Positions 57,498-64,000 of a stretch of 64,000 nucleotides of DNA are shown here, one piece after another. The first letter of the stretch is position 1, and each line of letters begins with the position of its first letter. The stretch covers positions 62,001 to 126,000 of the forward strand of contig NW_027191467.1 of NCBI RefSeq assembly GCF_011745625.1, written 5' to 3'. Under the pieces are notes generated by a model that worked only from the letters and a program-made list of their open reading frames with translations, did no database searches and was not told the DNA's origin. A program made the translations under genes and the position numbers. The DNA comes from Cladosporium halotolerans (taxonomy: Eukaryota).

Positions 57498-58412
57498 CTA
57501 TGTACTCGTGCTAGCCGACGAAGTAGCAGACGCAGTCGAATTCGATCCACCCCCGGTACCTCCACTGCCGCTACCGCCGTTATTCTTCTTCTGCACGACA
57601 GCCTGCACGACCTGCCCCGCTGAATTAAACACAATATCCACCAGCGAGTTCAGCGGCGAATACGAGAACTCCTTCTGCGTCAAGCCGTTACCCAGGCTCT
57701 TCGTCACGCCCGTCTCCGTCATGTTGCGCGTGAAGTCGCCCACGATCGTGCTGACGCCGCCGACTTCCTGCACGATGTTGCCCAGGTTGTCGACGAGGAA
57801 GTTCAGCGTGGAGCCGCCTTGGGTGATGGAGCCGAGCAGGCCGTCAACGGCGCCGACGACGTCGCCGATGACTTCGCCCGCGAGGCTGGTGACGTTATTG
57901 ATCGTTTTGATTAGGAGCGGATTGAGGTCCAGTGATTCGAAGACGCGGTTGACGATGTCGACTAGGTGGCCTGAGGGGAAAGTCAGCGGGCAGCAATGCG
58001 ATTGCATTCAGTCTAGAGGCTCACCAAGGCGGACCACCAGTTCCAACTCAGCATCAACTTCGGCGATTGTGATGTTGACTTTCGAAATTCCGACCTGGAC
58101 ACCAGCGTTGATCTGAACCAGATTGGCCACTTTGGCGTTCAGGTTGATGTCCGCTTGCAAGTCCTCGACGGTCAATTCGATGCGGCCGACGTGAAGTTCC
58201 GGGACGTTGAGGTAAACATCAGGCGGTGCACCAGCTGTGGCAGCACTAGATCGTGAGCGCGTGCTGGTCGAGTTGCCGCCGGCGGTGGAAGTAGTCCGAG
58301 GAGCTGTGTTAGTCGTCGGTGAAGTTGCCGCTGTTTGCGCCGAGACGTGGATGGCGGAAAGCAGCGTGATTGCCAGCAGCAGGCACAGACGTGCCATTGC
58401 GCGGTATGCCAT
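57498..58412 (-). CDS. Secreted protein of unknown function, paralog A (~286 aa; intron 57971-58024)
   Basis: Signal peptide (MARLCLLLAITLLSAIHVSA), Ser/Thr-rich linker, PDVYLN...SLDLNP domain and Gly/Ser/Thr tail. Canonical intron GTGAGC...CTGAC...CAG joins the two ORFs. Confidence 0.85.
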
Positions 58413-59043
58413 GTTCGTCCAACGATTACCAGAGACAATGAATGTTGCAGGAGCACAGGACGACGTGAGAGGAACGACCGTGGGAGAAGATTTCAGGGTT
58501 GGGAGCAACCCATTCAGCGTGGCAATGCGGCCAGGCCATTTCCACCTCCAACCCGTCTTTCATCATCCCGGCTCAGCACGAGGTCACGGACAGCAGATGA
58601 TCTGCCGAGTATCGATAGTTCTTCAAGAAATCGACGAGGCTAAACATGTGCCTTGGTCTTTAGCGCGGGGTGAAGACGCTAGGGAGCCAATGAAACGCGG
58701 GAACTTCCCATGGCAATCTTACAACCACGCCACTGCGTTTCACCAACGGCTATACCAGCCTTTTAGCTCGCCGCTCCCCCACCATTAAGGCAGGATTACC
58801 GTCATCAAGCGCATATTGGGACGGGATGTTCATATCACTGACCAGGATGCGTGGACCTCCCGGGTCGCTGTGCATGGGCTTTCCAATAGCTCTAGATCAC
58901 CTGCTGGATAAGTTGGCAAAGGTTGGTCAAGGGCATTTGCCGTGGTTTGGGAAGCTCAGGTAGGGACATCTCTGCTTTCTTTGTCACCTCTTGCGCTCTT
59001 CCCTCGCAGGCTCTCACTGAAGAGTTCCCATCACCTCACCAAG

Positions 59044-59973
59044 ATGCTGTCCCTCGCCCTCAACTGCCTTGTGGCATTCGCCCTAACCCTCACCTCCTCT
59101 GTCCACGCTCAATCCACCGAGGCCAGCACCACAACCTCCTCCGAATCCGGCGACGGCTACGTCGGCTACAACCTAACCCTCGAAGGCGACCAAGACTCGG
59201 TCATCTACTCGACCGCCAACACGCGGGCCAACGCCAGCTTCCCGGACCCGGACGTCTTCCTCAACGCCTCCGTGGGCGTCGAAGAAATCAACATCGAAGT
59301 CGACAACCTCACTGCCAAAATCAACCTGGACCTCCAAGTCCTGCAGCTGCTGCAGTTCAACGCCGGTGTCGACCTCTCCGTCGACAAGGTCCAGCTACTC
59401 ATTCAGAACGTCAGCGCCCGCGTGCTGCTCGAGGCGCGGTTGGAGAATCTCGTTACAATGGTGGATGATGTGCTCGATTCTTTGGATCTTAACCCCATCA
59501 TTGCGACGCTCGGCGAGGGGATCGGCGATATCGTGAACGAGACGACGGATGCGGTCGGTGGGGTTCTTGGTGGAAGTGGTTCCTCGGGTTCGAGCTCTGG
59601 CAACGTCAAGCGCTCCTTCGAAATCGACAACAACATCCTCTTCTCCATCAACGACTTCTCCGGCAACTCGCACACGAACCGCGTGCTGGCGCAGAACGGC
59701 GATATCGTCGAGCAGGATCTCGACAACGACGGCCGCGTGTCGGGGACCAAAGTCGTGGGCTCGTACGCCCGCGACATGACGTTCAATGGCAACGAGGATA
59801 CGGTTGAGAGGGATGGAGAGACGCTGCAGAGCAGGCAGTATTTGTACGAGCCGATTCATGGTGTGCAGGCCGTGTCGGCGATCTTCATGAACGCGGCGGG
59901 GACGGTTGTTGGGGCGCAGGTTTTGAGCGAGTTGGAGGCGGGTGGGTTCGCTACTATTGAGGCTGATGATTAG
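59044..59973 (+). CDS. Secreted protein of unknown function, paralog B (309 aa, intronless)
   Basis: Signal peptide (MLSLALNCLVAFALTLTSSVHA), PDVFLN...SLDLNP domain, Gly/Ser linker ending in KR, then a second domain. Confidence 0.85.
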   Translation: MLSLALNCLVAFALTLTSSVHAQSTEASTTTSSESGDGYVGYNLTLEGDQDSVIYSTANTRANASFPDPDVFLNASVGVEEINIEVDNLTAKINLDLQVLQLLQFNAGVDLSVDKVQLLIQNVSARVLLEARLENLVTMVDDVLDSLDLNPIIATLGEGIGDIVNETTDAVGGVLGGSGSSGSSSGNVKRSFEIDNNILFSINDFSGNSHTNRVLAQNGDIVEQDLDNDGRVSGTKVVGSYARDMTFNGNEDTVERDGETLQSRQYLYEPIHGVQAVSAIFMNAAGTVVGAQVLSELEAGGFATIEADD

Positions 59974-60918
59974 ATGTTTGGTATGATACAAGCTCTGCGT
60001 TCGTTCATTGTGTCATCTCATGTGCCTTCAATACCAACTTGATCACTCCTTCCAGATCGATATCAGATTCCAACTCGATTGAGACATCTACCATTCCTTC
60101 ACAGGTTGAGAAGAGAACAAGATCGGTATTTTTTCGATCGATGATTACGGGAACGCAATTTAAAGACATCACTTCTGGCCGATATCGATGCGATCGTGGG
60201 TCTCCGTGTGTGTTGCTCCCTGTTTGGGTCTTGCGAAAATGGGTCAATTTCGCCGTATCCTTCATCAGACGGCCGCGGCCACCCATCCACCTTTCATCTA
60301 CCTTCGACAGTTTGTCATCCAACTTATCCTCATTATCAATGAGGATTGCTTTTCGTGGCAATGGGATGCATCGAACTTGCTACGGCGATGATTCTTTTCC
60401 TTCGGTCCACTCCCTCGGAAAACATCTCCTAGCGCCACCATATCGTGTACTTGCTCCGCGGCATCTAGAGCTCAGATTTGCACTATGATTTTAGTTAACA
60501 TCTCTGTTGCCCTTTGTGGACTCTGCGATCCGGACCATAAGGCGTAGGGCCGTAAGGCTGTTCCCCTAGGCGTGGGATGGGAAACCGCGGAGCGGACATT
60601 TGGGTCTGACTTCCCACCGTCGAACATCCGCGGCCTTAACATCAATGCGATCGGCAAGTGCGCAGGAACGTGCGGCAACAACGGTTTGGCATGATCAGAT
60701 GATGATGCATAAATGGGTGATTGACGCTTGCGGTATGTGAGGTAGGTACCGCCGTGCACATTTTCTTACCTGGCTTTGGTTCATCATATGCCATTCTCCT
60801 TTTTGTCGCCTCAACAGGGACTGCTCATATTCCGCCGTGCGCATCTGTACGCGTCATTCTATCGTTTGCTCAAGGCACGCCTTCACCCACATTTCATCTT
60901 TCTCATCTGCCTCCAACA

Positions 60919-61971
60919 ATGCGCACTCATCACAGGATTGCAACGTGCTTCATGATAGGATTCATCCTCTGCGGCACAGCGCTTACCCTTTCTCTGATAT
61001 ACCTGCGATGGCATATTCGAGATCTGTGGGAGTGCATACACACATACGCAACCTTCGACGCATTGGACCTTGACCTGTTCACCTACCCACCAACCTACGC
61101 AGACACCAAGCTCGCGGCTCAATCACCCCAACTAGCCCCCAAAATCCTGCACCAAATCATGCTCCACGAAGAACACCACAACACAACCCTATCCAAATAC
61201 ACCACCGCCCGCCAAAGCTGCACATCCCTCCACCCAACCTGGGACCACAAGCTCTGGACCAATAACAACGCCACCATCTTCGTCGTCACCAACTACCCGC
61301 ACATCCTCCCCCACTACCTCTCCTACCCACAACCCATCCAGCGCACCAACATCCTCCGCTACCTGCTCCTCCACCACTTCGGCGGCGTCTACCTCGACGC
61401 CGACATCACCTGCCGCGCGCCGCTGGGCCCCCTCCTACACACACCCTTCCTCACGCCCGCCGCGCACCCCGCAGGCATCAACAACGCCTTCATCCTCTCG
61501 CGCGCCCAGCACCCCTTCCTCACGTCCCTCATCGCCCGCATCCCGTCGCGAAACCTGCCCTGGCCCCTGCCGTACGTCGAAAACATGCTCTCGACGGGCT
61601 GCATGTTCTTCTCGAACGCGTGGATGGCGTACATGCGGCGGCGCGACGGGCTCGATTCCCAAGACAGAGTCTTTGTCCTCGCGGACGAGCGCGGGAGGCT
61701 AGGGGCGCATTTGCTGCGCGGCCGGACGGTGACGCCGCTGTTCGAGCACGGCGGCGCGAGCAGTTGGCATTCGTGGGATGCGGATCTGATTCGCTTTTTG
61801 GATGTGGCGGGGAAGCCGTTGATGATATCCGCGGCGGCGTGTTTGGCGGCGATTGCGGGTGTGGGGTGTCTTGTGGTTATGAGGAGGAAGCGAGGGTTGG
61901 TGAGGCGGAGGGGGAGGAAGGGGGCTGATGTTGAGAAGAAGCGGGGCGGGAGTAAGACTCGGGTGATGTGA
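60919..61971 (+). CDS. Glycosyltransferase family 32 (DXD; MIPC synthase Sur1/Csh1-like)
   Basis: N-terminal TM, PKILHQ, HPTWDHKLWT, YPQPIQRTNILRYLLLHHFGGVYLDAD, STGCMF, SSWH..D, and a C-terminal TM with a basic tail. Confidence 0.9.
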   Translation: MRTHHRIATCFMIGFILCGTALTLSLIYLRWHIRDLWECIHTYATFDALDLDLFTYPPTYADTKLAAQSPQLAPKILHQIMLHEEHHNTTLSKYTTARQSCTSLHPTWDHKLWTNNNATIFVVTNYPHILPHYLSYPQPIQRTNILRYLLLHHFGGVYLDADITCRAPLGPLLHTPFLTPAAHPAGINNAFILSRAQHPFLTSLIARIPSRNLPWPLPYVENMLSTGCMFFSNAWMAYMRRRDGLDSQDRVFVLADERGRLGAHLLRGRTVTPLFEHGGASSWHSWDADLIRFLDVAGKPLMISAAACLAAIAGVGCLVVMRRKRGLVRRRGRKGADVEKKRGGSKTRVM

Positions 61972-63546
61972 GGTGTGGTTTGTTGCTGGATCATGGGAGT
62001 GATTGTGATGGCAAGAGAGACTGCTTGAGACTTGATAGATCGTAATTGTGGTGGGTTTGCCCTGTCTGGATATAACCCGCCATGCTCACCTAATGTTAAT
62101 GTCTTGATCCTTGAAATTGTTCCCGCTCCTGTGCTTGGTCCAAATTCAGCAGATCATCTACTATGAGTATACTCACTCCACAGACTATAAACAAGATCCG
62201 TTCTGATGGTTACCTAGGTAGCCGTCCGAGGATGATGTTTTGCGAAACACGACAGGCCAAGGCCAAGCCGGATGAAGCTCGCATGCGTGCTTACAAGAAG
62301 CTGATGGAGATTCGCATGCGGGGCCACATTAGGGCGACAACCTTGCTTTTTGGGAAATGGTAGCAAGCCACTTTTTGTGTAATGTGTATCCTTGTTATCC
62401 CAAGACCGAGGACTAAAGTGTTTGGTGGTCTCCGCAGTCGTTCGTGTCAGACGTTTGGGAAGATAACAATGTTACGCGGAAGCCAAGGATCCAATGCATG
62501 GCTACTTGCTGAACAGCGTACTGCTCAGATTATGCGATCCGGTTGTTCGAGTGACCCGAGGTTGGTGAGGATCCCGAAAAGCATGCCACTCACATTCACC
62601 CTGGATGGCATCCACAGCATGTTAGCGGTCAGATCTACTGTACGCCTGGCCGAACGGCCCTTGGGCCCGGCTTCTTAGCGCATGGACACCTGCAGGCCTC
62701 CAATTGTCGACTCCGGCTTTGCTCCGACTGCACGATGCCGGCCAACGCCACGCCCGCACGTGGCTTGATGGAGGCATGCGTGGGAGGGCAATGTTCGGAA
62801 GTCGGTGAAACGGTTGTAACGTACTGTATTCTGTACCTCGCTGTTCGGACGATCAACAACGCGAGAACACAGCCTCAGCGTGTTCTCGCCAAGTCGTCCG
62901 GGGTCACTTCTCGCCGATCGGATATCACGTGGGACGGCAGGCGAGAAACGGCGTTAAGGTTTGGCGCTAAGGTCCGGGGATTGGAGAGAGATGGCGGAGA
63001 AGCTGGAGAAGAACAGGAGAAGAGTGGGTCGGCCGACGGTCCCAGCTCGCTCACCAAACGCCTCGGTGCCACAGAAAGATGCGTGCGCGCAAACGGTAAC
63101 GCCGGCGCCCAGCGCGCTTGTCCTCTCGCAAGTGATTGCTCAAGCAAGCCTCGTCCAGTGAGGGCTGTAGCTTGGTTCCGGGCGCCTGTAAGCTTGAGAA
63201 TGAGCCTAAATGCGCCTCTTAACGAACGAATACGTGAGTCTGCAGCCGACTCGGTACCTTGGGTATGGCTGCAACCGCATACTCATGCCGGGTACTTCCT
63301 CCGCAACGCTAGTGGGTGACTGTCCACCTCATGGCACGAGTGGGCCATGTGCTGTCGATCGCTCCCCGGCAACATTCCCCTCACGCAGAGCTTAGCGCAT
63401 GATGATCCCGGCCGTCTCGTCAAGACTATATTATTGCTGATCCGTTGCTCTCGTCGTTCGCGTCGCTTTTTTATTCCTGTAGCGGGCCAAAGTCTGCAAG
63501 AAAACAAATCTTGTTTTGTCTCCATTCAATTTTATCGATTGCCACC

Positions 63547-64000
63547 ATGGACCCCGAGAAGACTGGCATTGGCCACCACGAGGCGCTCAACGACGATGAT
63601 GTCGTGGGCGAGAAGAAGATAACGCACGAGGAGGCGGAGCACTTGCGAGCTCTGTCGCCGGAAGAGAAGCTGATCGAGAAGAAGCTGAAGAAAAAGATCG
63701 ACGCCCTGATCATGCCGACTGTTGTGGTGGTCTATCTTATGAACTACATCGATCGCAACAACTATGCCGCCGCTAGGTTGCAAGGTTTGGTGGAAGATCT
63801 CAATTTGGAGGGCAACCAGTACCAGACTGGTCTCTCCATCCTGTTTGTCGGTTATGTAAGTCTGACATCCATGTTGCAATGGATTTGGGCTATGCTAACG
63901 TATACCTACCTAGGTGCTCATGCAAGTGCCGTCGAACGCTGTCATGAACTACGTCGGACGTCCATCGATATACATCGGCTTCTTCACCGCAGCTTGGGGA
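63547..64000 (+). CDS. MFS transporter, anion:cation symporter (Dal5/Tna1-like) family, 5' part only
   Basis: MDPEKTG...EKKLKKKIDALIMP...YLMNYIDRNNYAAARLQGL...QYQTGLSILFVGY|VLMQVPSN. Runs off the window end. Confidence 0.88.
   Translation, partial: MDPEKTGIGHHEALNDDDVVGEKKITHEEAEHLRALSPEEKLIEKKLKKKIDALIMPTVVVVYLMNYIDRNNYAAARLQGLVEDLNLEGNQYQTGLSILFVGYVSLTSMLQWIWAMLTYTYLGAHASAVERCHELRRTSIDIHRLLHRSLG

Noticed and set aside
60005..60361. 118-aa minus ORF, possible gene fragment
   Set aside because: Non-ATG start, no recognisable motif and no convincing upstream exon; at most a remnant.

Overview
Gene-dense, GC-rich eukaryotic DNA from a filamentous ascomycete. It has short GT-AG introns with CTRAY branch points; a Dothideomycete origin is my inference from gene style and is not proven. 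About 22 protein-coding genes can be supported: an ankyrin-repeat C-terminus, RPA2/RPA135, Arl8, an RCR-family membrane protein, a Zn-type enoyl-reductase-like oxidoreductase, two paralogous single-pass microproteins, a CYP7/8-like P450, a histidine phosphatase, a Mup1-like permease, Rho3, a peroxisomal copper amine oxidase, an Arg-rich small protein, a ~6,160-aa Leashin/Lah-like giant protein, head-to-head RNA15 and CFT2, two conserved hypotheticals, a truncated kinase-like protein, a head-to-head pair of paralogous secreted proteins of unknown function, a GT32 glycosyltransferase and the start of an MFS transporter. I recognised no rRNA, tRNA, CRISPR or intact transposon. The best candidates for undescribed biology are three: the divergent secreted paralog pair (57498-59973), the tandem microprotein pair with identical 94-nt first exons (12296-14090, poorly captured by the ORF track), and the aromatic-plus-polylysine repeat code of the giant protein. 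All family calls come from motif recognition by eye; no database searches were run.
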